Counted from the stretch's first letter, positions 25,301 to 40,535 are shown. The stretch is 64,000 nt of DNA from Octopus vulgaris (GCA_951406725.2 OX597822.1:25110001-25174000), one strand, 5' to 3'. Numbers and translations are program-made. Notes: generated by a model from the letters alone, not told the origin.

Positions 25301-25705
25301 TAAGTGTAATATTACATGTATGTATATATGTTTAGGTGTAATATTATCTGAGCCGGTAGTGACGTAGTATAATATCGAAAATCATCAGCACAGTGTGAAA
25401 AGACACATTTACATAATACAAGGAATATTAAAATGAAGTTTTCAAATACTTTAGTATTGAACCTGCCTCAATCTTTTTCTATGCTGAAAAGGAAGAATAT
25501 ATATATATATATAATTTTCTTTGTTCTCATTTTGTTTTCGTTACTGTCCCTTGTTCATTCCCTATTCTCAGTAGCTTCTCGCCATTGACGCCACCGAAAG
25601 CGAACAATATTATCGTGAAAGGTGTGAAATTGTAAGGATCTTTTGCACGATAACTGATGAGGATTAGCAACGTCTTGCCCTGTGTGCGAATATATATATA
25701 TATAT

Positions 25706-26165
25706 AATGAAGGGTAAAATTACTTAATCAATTAATAATTAATAATTTTACCAAGTAGTTCTGTGAACCATTATCGGTAAACTTATATAAAAATTTTATA
25801 ATTATGAGCATGATTATAATTAGGGTTCAGCAAAGTTTGCTTCACCACATACCGAAATTTAGAAATAGCAGTTAAAATACTATACTACTTCCATAAGATA
25901 TCTCCCAGACAGCAAAACTCTACAACTCACGCAGGTAAAGAGAAAGAAATTACGAATCCACCCAGCTTTGATTAACTATATACGCGTTTCGGGGTTAAAG
26001 AGATGTAAAACGATGTAAAATCATATTTCTATTCACTTATTCCCTTCCTCAGTATAGTATTTCAAGTTTTACATTTGAGAGCACTGATAATTAACACACG
26101 TACTCGACCAAGCGCCATCGAATATTTTGTGAACCCTAATTATAATTATGCTCATAATTATAGAA
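25706..26165 (-). mobile_element. Penelope-like terminal repeat remnant with hammerhead and short inverted ends
   Basis: TA-flanked. 25797-25828 is mirrored at about 26131-26162, and a hammerhead lies inside. Confidence 0.65.
25975..26058 (-). ncRNA. Type I hammerhead ribozyme motif
   Basis: Minus strand: ACTATA-CTGAGGA-AGGG..(long loop)..CCCC-GAAA-CGCG-TA-TATAGT. Canonical core, 6-bp stem I and palindromic ACGCGT stem III. The first stem II pair is an A/C mismatch. Confidence 0.75.
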
Positions 26166-28826
26166 TATATATATATATTATTTTTTAGGGAATAAAAATT
26201 CCGGCATAGCAGAGGTTCAAATTATTCTCAATGAAGAAATATATTTTAATTTAGAGATAGCAGGCCCTACACAAATTTCATATGGTGAGATGTAGAGGCC
26301 TACTATCTCTAAATTAATACATATGCTTGCCTGTATGATATTTTCAACGATGAACATCAATTTAAAAACAGCAACTAACTGACAAAGGCGGTGAATGAAA
26401 ATAATGAATTAATGCGTTGAAAAGCAATTTTACTAAGAAATGAACTACCATGCATAATATTAGTTTAATATTGCAATTACTATCATTGCATACAAGTGAA
26501 ATATAGCCTTACTTTTTGAGAAGCAGCATCATAGAGGAGCTGTATTTTGTTGAATATCGTTTCTGATTTCATATCAGTTTGATTATACGGGAAATAATAG
26601 GTTCTTTTTTTGTTTAAGTTTATATATCTATTCACAGTGGTTTGTTCTTTTGCTGAGCAGAAAGATAATTTCTTTCGATGATACGTCTGTTTACTTCGCA
26701 GTCGAAATGAATAATGAATGCATTCTGTTGTTTATATTGTCACAAAAGTTTCGTTGTAAACTTCCGGTTACCTTATGTTTAACTTATACTAGTCATTTCC
26801 GTTATCATAATTTTTATGATAATTTCTTTTTTCTCTTCCGCCTTGTAGTTTCAGTGATTCATGTTTGGAGGCTGATTTCCTAGGGAATTGTTAGACTTTT
26901 TATTTTCTTAAGACAGTTTAAATATTACAAACTTCTGGGATTGCCAATACAGTTTTGACTGCTTTTACTAAAGAACTGCGTAAAATACTCTAAATCGGAA
27001 AACGTTTTAAATTTTGATTATATCTTTGTTTGATCAAGAAATGAAGTAGAAATGTGTTCGCAAATATTAAATGATTCAGTGTATAAGCTTTTTGAAAAGA
27101 ATACCGTTTGAAATATTCTGCTAATCTCTACCAAATTGTACAGGATTCTACGATGTTATCTTGTCGAGTATCTTTATGTTATTTATTAATATTGAGCAAT
27201 TAGGTGCGAGAGTGGATGTGTGGTAAGAGTGTTGCTTCCCAACCGTATGTTTCTGGATTCCTTGTGTGGCACCTTGTGCTTTTATAGTTTCTGTCCAACC
27301 AAAGCCTTATGAGTGGATCTGGTAGACGGAAACTGAAGAAAATCTGTCGTGTGTGTATGTGTGCTTGTCTCCCACCAACGTTTGACGACCGGTGTTGGGG
27401 TGTTCACCTCTCCGTAACTTAGCAGTTCGACCAAAGAGACTGGTAAAATTCTAGAGTCGATTCAATGTGCTAAAATTTCTTCAATCTGGTGCCCCTGGAT
27501 GAATGAAAGACAACCCGGCGAAAGAGATCCACGTTCTGGAGTTCTAAATATAGGTATCAAAAACATGTTAATGACAGAATGAGATGATTGGATGCGGTTG
27601 CTTGGCCGCTGGTGATTTGGCACGGCTGAGTGGACATTGAACTTGTTTTGGTGGCAGCAATTTTTGGTCCTGAAGACAAACACAAGCACGCGCACAGAGA
27701 TATAAACATACGGATAGAGAAAGAGATTGAGACTGAGAGAGAGAGAAAGAGAGAGAGAGAGGTGGAGAGATTAGCATTTGTTAATTTAATACAATTGACG
27801 TAAATATCCTCATATACATAAAGGGAAATATGTACACAGACACGCACGTTAACAGAAAGAGGGAGAGAAATGAGAGAGTGTGAGAAAGAGAGAGTATAGA
27901 AAGAGAGGGAGAGAGAGAAGGATAGAATGCGAGGGAAAAAGACAGAGAGAGAGAGAGAGATAGAGAGAGCGGACGAGAGAAACCGTAAAACATCTGATGT
28001 CAAATAAGTTAGCACCGAATCAGCAAAGTCAAACAGGCGGCGCCAAAACGTCTGTGCCAAGACGTCTCATACACCATTTACGAGTAATTAGATCGACACT
28101 GAAGACGTATACCGAAACGGTCAGCACTGCAGAAACCTTGTCTCTCCAACTTATTGAATATAAATTGAAATCAAAAAGATTATGAAATAAGGAAATATGA
28201 AATGAACTCAGAATGAAATTGAGCATAACGAGTAGTTTTGGCTTTAGCTAATGTCAGATAATAAAACTAAATTTAAAATAACAACGATGGTAGAATCATT
28301 AACTATTAATAACACCGAGAGATTTTTTACTTCAGCGGTGTTATAATCAAGTAGTGCAAAACTAAGACTCTGCTATCAAATTGTTTATGTTGATAAGTTT
28401 CACTTATCATATACAATGAAGGAAGACAATTATAACATTGTCTGGAGCCAAATAAAACATTGGCTGGGGCTATTGTCGTAACAGCTATTATTGTTGTTGT
28501 CTAAGAGTTAATTTGTTTAGATCCGACAGAGAATTAATTGGTGGAAGCGTTAGAGTATTAAGCGAAATCCCGTCCTATAAGATTTCTGGCTCCTTACGTT
28601 CTGAGTTCAAATTTCACCAAGATCAACTTTGCTTTTTATCTTTTCGGGATCCATAAATAAAATGTAGTGGTAGTGTTATAGTGTCGTACTGCAGTATTTG
28701 TTACGGTTCTATGCGTCCTCAACTCAAATTCCGCCGTATCCTTTTTAGGTGGTAGACTTAATCTATCATCCGGTTTAACACCACCGATTACTACATAATT
28801 AATTTTAGGACTTCACTGCTTATTTT

Positions 28827-29134
28827 GTGGAGGCACATGGCCTAGTGGTTAGAGCAGTGGATTCGCGGTTGAGGGATTGCGGGTTCGAATCTCAGACCGG
28901 GCGATGTGTGTGTTTATGAGCGAAACACCTAAGCTCCACGCGGCTCCGGCAGAAGGTAATGGCGAACTTCTGCTGACTCTTTCGCCACAACTTTCTCTCA
29001 CTCTTTCCTCCTGCATCTTGCAGCTCACCTGCGACAGACCGGCGTCCCGTCCAGGTGGGGAACCTATACACCAAGGAAACCAGAAAATTGGCCCTATGAG
29101 CCAGGCGTGGCTCGAGAAGGAACAAACAACAAAC
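28827..29134 (+). mobile_element. SINE family A, full length
   Basis: A box TGGCCTAGTGG, B box GGTTCGAATCT and (AAAC)n-like end. Confidence 0.92.
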
Positions 29135-30422
29135 TGCTTGTTTTGATATCGTTAAATTCATTCATAAACACCCAGATTTAAAAGACTATTACTGATGATA
29201 GGTAATACCAAAGTGCATCGCCCAAAGAGAAGAAAACAAAGGAACAAAGAAAACTTATTGAGCCATGAAAAAGAGGGGGGGAGCTTCTATATGATAGCTC
29301 AATATGTTATAAATAACAGCCAAATGACTCACAAATAACATTTTGGTTCCTGAAAATCACAACATTAAAAAGCACAACGTTAAACAATGTAATCCAGGAT
29401 ATACGAAGAAAAACAAAAAGAAAAGAAACCCAAAACCAGGGGACCAGAGTAGAAGACACTTGCCCAAAGTGCACCACTGCACGGCACCTTGGGCAATTGT
29501 TTTGTGAGTGGATTTGGCGGTGATAAACTGAAAGAAGCCCGTTGTATGTGTGTGTGTGAGAGAGTGTATGTGTATGTGTGTGGGTGTGTGTGAGTGTATG
29601 TGTGTATTTGTGTGAGTGTGAGTGAGTATGTGCTTGAGAGTGTGTGTGGGTATGTCTGTATCTATATGTGTGTGTCTGTGTATGTGTGTGTGCGTGTGTG
29701 CGTGTGTGAGTGTGTGTGTCTGTATCTATGTGTGTGTATGAGTATGTGTGTGTGTGTGTATCTTTGTGTTTGTCTCCCGCCAGTTCAGCAAAAGAGAACG
29801 GTAGAATAAGTACCCGACTTGGAAAAAAATAAATAAATAAAAAATAAGTACTGCTGTTAATTTCTGCGACTGAACCCTTCATATCTGTACCCCAGCATGA
29901 CCTTTGTTCAATAACTGAAGCAAATAAAAGGAAAAAAATGGAAAATAAAACAAATAAAAAATACCTCCCCACCACCGAAAAAAAAAAACGTGATGGTCAC
30001 CGGTCTTTGTCCATGTCTGCGCAGAAAAAAACATTAATGAAATTTTTTATATTGATTAACTATAGGAGTAATTAGAAATTTATATTGGCGAACTTCAGGA
30101 AAATTGGTCAATATATGTATTCCAAGAAAAGTTAATGTCTGTGCCATTATGTCTGCAAGGCAAGCTATTGATTTTCTTGGAGTAGGATCTTTTTCTTAAT
30201 GATGATAAATGTATCGTGTTCGATAGCGCTGCGATTAAATTGCTCATATGCTATAATACAATATAAACAAATGTTTTCTTTGGTAGCGTAAATTTAGTAA
30301 TATTTACATGAAAATAATTTCATATTAAGTCATACAGCAAATACTTTAATCAGTTTCGTATAAGAAAATATTCAGTCCCGCTATAAGATAATTCTGGAGA
30401 TTAGTCGAGCGAGCGAGAAAGA

Positions 30423-30483
<61 letters not shown>

Positions 30484-31015
30484 GAAAGAGAAAGAGAGAG
30501 AGAGTAACTGTGTGTAAGAGACAGGAAGAGAGAGAAGCAGCCAATCGAGTGAAGTGTTACCAGTATAGATTTGTTTGCTCTGCTTAAATTAATATTTTAT
30601 TCATGACCGTAATATATCATTTATGCTGTAAGCTTGATAACACGCATGCGACAGAAAAATATGTCAGCCATATCAAAACAAACGACTTCAACATGGCGGT
30701 TTGTATTCTATTTTATTTGTGAATGACAGGTCATACCCTATAATATCTTTGAATGACTTTAAAAGACCAAAAGTAATTTTTGTAGGTCTATTCATGTTAC
30801 GATCCATTTTGATAATGCAAATTTCTTCTGGATGTTTATATTACAAATAAACTATTTCATCTAGCAATTTCAAAACTTCTTTTCAAACTTTATGACAGTT
30901 TCAGCGATTTTTCATCTGAACAATGGCTACTGCGTTTCTGAACGTATAAATCGGCTGTACATTGATATTATTAATCAGCATTTGTTGGTCGTCTTTTGTC
31001 TTTAATTACATGTCT

Positions 31016-31792
31016 TTAATCTTCTCTCTTCGCTCCTTTGCGCCACATGGGCTCAACTCTCCTTCCCTCTTCATCGAATCCCCTCCTCTCTCCTTTCTTC
31101 CTCTCACACCTACTTCTTTTCACTCCTACCCACCTCCCCTCTCCTCTCTTGTTCTGACACCTACTTCCTCTCTTCACTACTACCAACCTTCTCCCTTCCA
31201 ATCCCTTCCTCCATCGTCACTCCTCCATCGTTACCCCCCCTCCACATTCCAACCGCACCATCTCTATACATCTCATTCCACTTCCTCCCAATCTCATGCA
31301 TTCCACTCCAACATACTCCACCCCCACCCTCGTCTCCCCACACCCCACCCTCGTCTCCCCACACCCCACACTACACACACCACATACCACCACATCACAC
31401 CACCCCGCACACACTAGCACTAGCCACTTCCCAGCACTCACACCATTATCCACACACGTCAAGGTCTCCAGCCTCTATCCACACGCACATACGCTCTCAC
31501 ATACATACGCACGCGCACATTCGTTTTGGCATCACCACTACTTTAATATCTCCCCTTCTTCCTAGCTCTCTTGTCTGACCACCACTGTCCAGCATTCGCC
31601 ATGATTGCTCGCTAGCCACTAATATTTTTATTATTTTTTTTATCTTCTCTCTCTGTTTATTTCTGTGTTCCTCTCTGTCAAAGAGTGTAGGCTCGAAACA
31701 TAAAAGACTTTCTCACTTCCCGAGCGTTAAACAAATACATCTGTTTGTTGTTTACACACCTATCTTCGTCCTTTTTTTTGTAAATTACAACT
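31016..31792 (+). mobile_element. Penelope-like element 3' fragment
   Basis: LIFSLRSFAPHGLNSPSLFI resembles the C-terminus of PLE GIY-YIG ORFs. It is followed by a C-rich UTR and a degenerate hammerhead-like GAGT-GTAG-GCTC-GAAAC at 31671-31708, then a microsatellite. Confidence 0.55.
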
Positions 31793-33641
31793 ACATACAT
31801 ACATACATACATACATACATACATACATACATACATACATACATACATACATACATCACACACACACACATATATATGTATATATATACACGACGGACTT
31901 CTTTCAGTTTCCGTCTACTAAATCCACTCATAAGTCTTTGGTGGACCCGAGGCTATAGTAGAAGCCACTTGCAGAAACCATGTGGATAGGAAGGAAACTA
32001 CTTGCCACGCAGTCACGCCCCCCGTTCTGTTTAAGATTGTGTGCAGAAACGTGATGATTAGCAGAAAGAGTTATAAGATCACCTACTGATTAATCAGGAG
32101 TTCATCCACTTCTGACCTTTAGATATTTTGTGGTGTTTCTTGGCAAAATAGAACTTTTTACAGTACGTTGCTTCAGTTCATGAAGCTGTCAGAAACAGAT
32201 ACTGATTTAATTTTAAGTGTTCACTCTCAAGTGGTTAACATCCGAATAATCTCAATGAAGTCTACTATTAGTTCAAAGACTATCTCTGTTAATAGGTTAT
32301 GTGTGGTGGCTGGTGTTAAACAGACCATACTCAATTATAATCGTCTCATGCATTAGCATTCATTAAAAGATAGAAGATAGAGGAGAATATTTGATTCGTC
32401 TCCAATGATGATTCCTCCTATTTCTAATATTCTGTAGAACGTTATGCGATGCTACAAAATGGAACATAACATTCTACAAAATATTGGTTTCCAATTTTGG
32501 TACAAAGTCGGCAAGTTCGGAAGAAGGTTTAAGTCGATCACATCGACCCCGTTGTCCAACTGGTACTCATTTTATCGGCCTCGAAAGGATGAAAGGCAAA
32601 GTCAACCTCGGCGTAATTTGAACTCACGAGGTAAAAGCATTTCCTCAATGTGCTAACGATTCAGCCAGATCGCCACCGTAACGTTCAACAGAATATTGCA
32701 AATAGGAAGTATTCTCTAGAAACCGTGACAAAAAAAAAGTGTTTCTAGTTATGATTATGGAATGAACAAATAATAATTTCGTGCGGTGCTGAATTAATTG
32801 ATCGCAAGTAAAAAGGGACTGATGCAATTGGTGGTAACCCATCTTATTCATAACTGATTAAAATGGTTGATAGGAGCCAGCGAGAAAGAATTAGGGTGGG
32901 TTTGCTCGACCTAATAGAAAAAAAAGCAAACAAAATCTCGTTCAAAAGCATAGCTTATTGTTTTAAGTAAGAAAATATTACATTAGATAATGTAGTCTTA
33001 TACGCGCCTAAAAGTGCGAGATGGTCATATCTGGAATACTTTTGATCTCGAACTGGACTGCAACAACAACAACAAAACTGATTGCGGAGGAGCCAATCGG
33101 AGGAGCTTCTACACAGTTGCTCAACTTGCTAAAGATAGTAGATAATTCTCACTAAAACCACACGCAAACATGGTTTTAAAGCAAAGGACGTGAGATAAAT
33201 TTCATGAAAACTGACGAAAAAGAAAAAAAGAAACGTGGAAAAGAAAACAGAGAGAAAGGTTAATGGGATGAGTAATATAAGAAAACAACGACGTCAACAT
33301 CAACAACAATATGATTGATAAACATATTTATCGAGTCTCGGAGTGACATGAACTTCAACTTTTAAATAGCATGTTGAAGAAGTAAAATATGGTAACTGAA
33401 ATGAGTTTGGTTGATTGTGTTATTGTCGATTGTCGTTGCTATTTCACTGTTTTTGATTCATCAAAGAGATTGACTACTGAATTAGCCACAATGCAACTAA
33501 CTGTTGTTTTAATGTTGAAAGACGTTTAGATGAAGGCAGTTATTAATATCGATCCAAAACGCATGTCTGAGACATACTTTATTGATATCAGAGAAGATGA
33601 AAGTAAAATCATGTTATATCGTCACTTACGTATATCGATGT

Positions 33642-33715
<74 letters not shown>

Positions 33716-34333
33716 CAATACATCACAGTACCAAATATAACCGTATGACAATAAGCAATGTAACAAGAGTTGGTTATCTTATAACCGTTCGCATAATAAC
33801 AATCCAGTACTCCGATGCAGAATAAATAACGAGACTAACACTCTTACAGTTCGACCTCAACTGTCTACTCGGCTCATCTGTTTATAAAACTCGTCCAGTC
33901 CACTGACAGTCACGTGCTGGGGTGTCAGTTCACTCCACAACAAATCAATTATCTCCTTCCACCAGCATGGAGGCGAATTTCATTGAAACTTTTTCCATGA
34001 ATTGGGATCCCGATTATGCCAGTAAGAAACACGCACTGGTTCTGCTTATTTCATTATAATTTATGAATTAGTTAACAATTTAACCAATTAACTAATCGAT
34101 TGCTTGATTAATCCTACTGTCTATCAATCAGTGTTGTAGGTTCATCCGACTACTTTCGCAACATTCTCGATCTCATCAATGACAAGCTCTCACTACTTAA
34201 GAGCTGACCGATTTATTAACCGAACCATTAATCGAACAACCGATTTGCTAATTGGTTAAATAGTCAATGAGTTGAATAATTATGATAAAAGAACTGAAAC
34301 AGAACGAATGTACGTGTTTCTTATTTTTTTTTA

Positions 34334-34644
34334 TTTGTGCGCCCTTTTCAAGCCTAGCCAGGCTCATGGGCCCGGATTCCCGGTTTCTGTGGCGTATGTG
34401 TTACCCCCAGCTGGACGGGACGTCATTCCATCGCAGCGTTACCCAAGAAACAGGAAGAGAGAGTGAGAGAACGTTGGGGCGAAAGAGTACAACAGGGATC
34501 GCCCCCCCCCCCCCCTGCCGGAGCATCGTGGAGCTTTAGGTGTTTTTGCCCAATAAACATACACAACGCCCGGTCTGGTAATCGAAACCGCGATCCTCCG
34601 ACCGCGAGTCTGCTGCACTAACCACTGGGCCATTGTGCCTCCAC
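34334..34644 (-). mobile_element. SINE family A variant
   Basis: GTGGAGGCACAATGGCCCAGTGGTTAG head; the tail is related to 3326-3627. Confidence 0.88.
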
Positions 34645-35353
34645 ACATGTGTCTTATTAGCATAATTATCATCCCAAAATAAACGAAACCTGTTACACAA
34701 AATTCCATGCCAAGACTCTTGCAAACCATAAGCAAGAACCAAATATTCTAAGCTCTTTTCCATAAGAAAATATTCAAATATAAAAATGAATGTTTTCAAG
34801 TAAATGTCTTTTATTTCTTACGTAAGAAAAAACAGTTTGTTATTTATATCTATTTTTGAAACGTATACTTTTGGTAAAGTTTTAAGTTCCTTGAAAAAAT
34901 TGTGGACTCTAATGGATTTCTAATATGAATACACGGCTTCAAGTTTTGAGGAAGCGTTGTATCCCATTAACTGGCTGCTTAAAAAAAAAAAGAAACTTAA
35001 TTTCTATTCTGATCAATTTTCAATAAAATAAAATGAATATCTTTTGACATGTCTGTGTGTCACGTGTAGGTATGTGTGTGTGTGTGTGTGTATGTGTGTG
35101 TGTGTTTAGGTGCATATGTGTATAAATATGTGTATATGTGTGTGTGTGTATGTGTGTAAGAGAGAGTAAGAGAGAGTTTTAACACGTTTTTGCTTGTTTT
35201 AACTGATGATACTCTCGAGAATTATATTCTGACATAATAGGAGGAATTTCAACTCTCAATAAAATTTAAACTAATATAAATCGACATACGCATTTATCTT
35301 CCTCTATAAATATTACAAACACTGCGAATGTATGCAAAAGCGTTAAAACACAC

Positions 35354-35490
<137 letters not shown>

Positions 35491-35607
35491 TGTATGTATA
35501 CATACATACATCATGCATACACGCATGCAAACAGGTAGGAGCGTATGCACATCCATCCATCCATCCGCCCATTCACACATATATGTGTGTGTGTGAGAGT
35601 GAGTATG

Positions 35608-35649
<42 letters not shown>

Positions 35650-36856
35650 TAATATTCATCTGTGAGTCTGTATGTGCGGTGTCATTTTGTTAACGATTTC
35701 TCACATTACATAACAACTTTTCTCTTATGGATTTTCTGCTAAAGTAAGCAAGGACGTGGTGTTTGTTTAGTGTTAGAGCATGCAAAGAGACGCAAATACA
35801 CACACACATACACACACACACACATACACACACACACACACACACACATACACACACACAAACACACACACACACACATTCGAATAAATTATGCCTTGAC
35901 TCATTTCTTAGAGTTTTATCTTACCGATTTTACTTATCCAAACGGTTCATATATGTAAGCAATTGGGAATATACAAGTGAAATTATTTGCAGAGACATCG
36001 AAATATTATTAGCCAACAACACATCGAATTTTGATTGATTGTCAAAAACATTAGAAAATGCATCAAACATCACCGTTTAATTGTCATGTGCAGAACGCAT
36101 AATATTCTCATATATTCAAGGACAAAAACATTTGACGTTTTTATGTCTTCGGCATTGTTGTTTATCCCATGTTTCTTGGTTTTACTAAAAAATCATATAT
36201 ATCATTATATGATATATGTTGCGCGTTCATTCGTAGAAGTAACAAAAGAAACGAACTTAAAATAACACTGGGACTTTATTCCTTCGTAAAGTGGTACAGT
36301 GGATTGAAGAAAGAAACATTACAAATTCTGTAAGTTGTAGTTCATCCATCGTTTGGCTAATCCAGCTTGGGTCGTTGATTGTTACATGTACTGCGCTATA
36401 TTAATTTTCCTCCGGTGAAACGGCAGGAAATCAACATAACTCGCCTTGATGTAGAACTCTCACTGCTCTGATTCGTAAATAATTTGTTACACCAATTTAT
36501 GGAAAAAAAAAGGAGGCTCCAGAAAACATGCGAATTAGTTGTTTGACATATACTACGCGTAATGTGATTGGACATTCGATCCAATTCCTGCGCAACACTC
36601 AACCAATCACAATACAAGACTCAACAAATGTCCAAACACTCACATGGCCAATCACTACAGATTAACGTAATGCGCTATATACAGCAAATGTTTTCAATAT
36701 GCTATAATAGAAATTGGACTCACTACACACCTACACACACACAAACACACACACACACATTCTATCGGTCTCTGTTGCGAATCTGCTAAGTTACGGGGAC
36801 GTAAATACTTCAATACGGGTTGTCAAGAGATAAACACACACACACATATCTATCTA

Positions 36857-37273
<417 letters not shown>

Positions 37274-37736
37274 AATATCTAATACCCACGCACACAATTA
37301 TAAATATATATGGTTAAGGTGTTCTAATGCCATCTTGTCTGAAGTGAGAATTTTTTTCCGCAGCAAACTGCATTGAAAAGCTTTAGCAAGTTGAAATATA
37401 TCCCAAACATATTTCACCTGATCTAAAGTTTGTATATTTCTGTCAGTGCTTCGTGCTTCTTCTCACATATTTGTTCTTGCCTGGCAATCAATAAATAATA
37501 TTTACTGATTTCTGAGAAAGACAGCGAAACTTTCATGTAAGCTCAGATTTGCTTCTCTTTGGATGAGTTAGTGAACAAAGCTAATGAACTAGAAATGCAT
37601 CTGCTAATGTATGGAGAGTGCTCTGAGCTGGCAATGGCATTCTAACACCATTTTTGTCTTGGGCGAAATTTTTTTCTCCATGGTAAATTACAGTGAAAAT
37701 CATGCTTGCACACACACATGCACACACAGACGTGCG

Positions 37737-37792
<56 letters not shown>

Positions 37793-37794
37793 CT

Positions 37795-38070
37795 TTTCGG
37801 ACCGGGTTGCGTGTTGTGTTCTTGAGCAAGACACTTTATTTCACGTTGCTCCAGTTCACTCAGCTGTAGAAATGTGTTGCGACGTCACAAGTGCCAAGCT
37901 GTATCGGCCGTTGCCTTTCCCTTGGATAACACTGGTGGCGTGGAGAGGGGAGGCCGGTATGCATGGGCGACTGATGGTCTTCCATAAACAACCTTGCCCG
38001 GACTTGTACCTTGGAGGGTAACTTTCTAGGTGCAATCCCACGGTCAGTCATCACCGAAGGGGGTCTCAGC
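37795..38070 (+). mobile_element. SINE family C, head truncated
   Basis: GTGTTCTTGAGCAAGACACTTTATTTCAC... is homologous to 15655-15980. Confidence 0.85.
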
Positions 38071-38074
38071 ATAT

Positions 38075-38293
38075 ATATTCTTTTACTCTTTTACTTGTTT
38101 TAGTCATTTGACTGCGGCCACGCTGGAGCACCGCCTGTTTAGTCGAACAAATCGACTGCAGGACTTATTCTTTGTAAGCCTAGTACTCATTCTATCGGTC
38201 TCTTATGCCGAACCGCTAGGTTACGGGGACGTAAATACACCACCATCGGTTGTCAAGCGATGTTGGGAGGACAAACACAGACACAGACACACA

Positions 38294-38351
<58 letters not shown>

Positions 38352-38503
38352 CGACGAGCTTCTTTCAGTTTCCGTTTACCAAATCCACTCACAAGGATTT
38401 GGTTGGACCGAGGTTATAGGAGAAGAGACTTGCCCAAGGTACCACGCAGTGGGACTGAATCCGAAACCATGTAGTTCGTAAGCAAGCTACTTACCACACA
38501 GCC
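38075..38503 (-). mobile_element. SINE family B, near full length
   Basis: Both halves are present around an internal (CA)n(TA)n. Confidence 0.9.
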
Positions 38504-39480
38504 AAGAAAGAGGGAGAGAGGGAGAGAGAGAGAGCAAGAGAGAGTGAGAGAGAGAGAGCAAGAGAGAGTGAGTGAGAGAGAGAGAGAGAGAGAGAGTGAC
38601 AGAGATATTTATTTGTCCGGTGTGTGGGGGAGTGTCTACAAACGCATATTTATTAATTTATGCCTGACCAATGATAGTTTTCCCTCTGCTGTTGGTTTCA
38701 AATCTTGGCAGAAAGCCACCAATTTCAGGGGAGGGCGTAGGTCGATCACATCAACCTCAGTACTCATTTGGTACTTATTCTATCCACTCCGGAACGATGA
38801 AAGGCAAAGCTGACCTCTGCAAAGACAGACTAAGCATTTTGCCGTGTTCGCTAATGATTTTGCCAGCTGGCCGCCTATTTCCACCCATCTAATATTATCA
38901 CTCAATTGTATCATTTTCTGTACCATTCTCTCTATCTTCTTTATTCTTTATTCGCTTCCTTCTTTTGTTTCTTCTTTATTTTTCTCTTCTTCTTTTCCCT
39001 TTCTTATGACCCTCACTCCCTTCTTCCATATTTCTATTTTCTTCAGCACTTTAAATTTTTTTTCTTTTTGAAATTCCAGAAAGTTCTCGCTTCGGGATGT
39101 TTACATTCGGGCTTCGGTCCAGCATAAGCTTTTAAATTTACCGCCACCTTCCCTACATCTCACATCTTCCTTACTCTCTTGGGAATCTGGTACGGAAATG
39201 ATGTTTGATGTACGATCCTGAAAGTGAGTGTGTAACACCTGTTGTTTGTTATTTAATAGAAGGAACCAAAGGGTGTATACACACTCATACACGCCCGCGC
39301 GGGCACTCACACACTCACACAGACAAACAGACAGACAGACACACACTTACACACACACACATACACACACACAAACTCGTAAAATTTAGGCATGTCAAGT
39401 TTCTAATATATGAATACGTGTATTTCTGTATGTATATCTATATATATATCTTTCTCTTTCTCTAAATATGTCCCCTTCTG

Positions 39481-39722
<242 letters not shown>

Positions 39723-40203
39723 TCTCCCTTCCGTGTTTTTGGATAATTTTCGGTTTTTAAAAGTTGGCATTTTTTTATTGCCGGCGAAGGGCTGCGGCTG
39801 CGCAGTAGATTTTGAAAAACTTAGGATGTATAAGCAAGACGCACAAAGTTCGTTCGCCTCGTGTTTATATATTTAACCCAAGGTGTTCTTGCTGAAGACG
39901 ATTTCACCTAGCGAGTATGTTATTTTGCTTGCTAAACGAAAATCAGAAACCAATCGGTCCAGGAAACTAGATGGTTAAATATTTTTATTTTTTCATTTCG
40001 TTCCTGTCGAATTCTATCCCTAATTTTCTGTTTATGGAACCTAGCTGTTCTTTCTAGCGTGTTGAACCCCACAAGTAGATTCCTCATGTGTTTAAATGTA
40101 CACTGTATTTTATGACTAATACATAGTCTTTGGACTAAATTGTTACACGTTAGGCCACTGGAAATGGAAATTTTAATTAATTTCCATTTCCCTTCGATAT
40201 GAT

Positions 40204-40249
<46 letters not shown>

Positions 40250-40278
40250 TACATACGTGTATGTACCTACTTACATCT

Positions 40279-40361
<83 letters not shown>

Positions 40362-40503
40362 TATGTGGGCACAGGACGTCACGAAAGTTACAAAAAAATA
40401 CGAAGTACGAATATATGGAATATGAACTATTTTTTCGAACAACGAAAGACCCACGATAGTCGAGGTATTACTCTGTGTGGGTATGTATGTATGTATGTAT
40501 GTG

Positions 40504-40535
<32 letters not shown>

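Noticed and set aside
25650-25680. CTGATGA as a hammerhead or C/D box motif
   Set aside because: There is no downstream stem II plus GAAA and no supporting terminal stem.
28827-28900. SINE heads as tRNA genes
   Set aside because: They continue into multi-copy SINE bodies and lack a complete cloverleaf.
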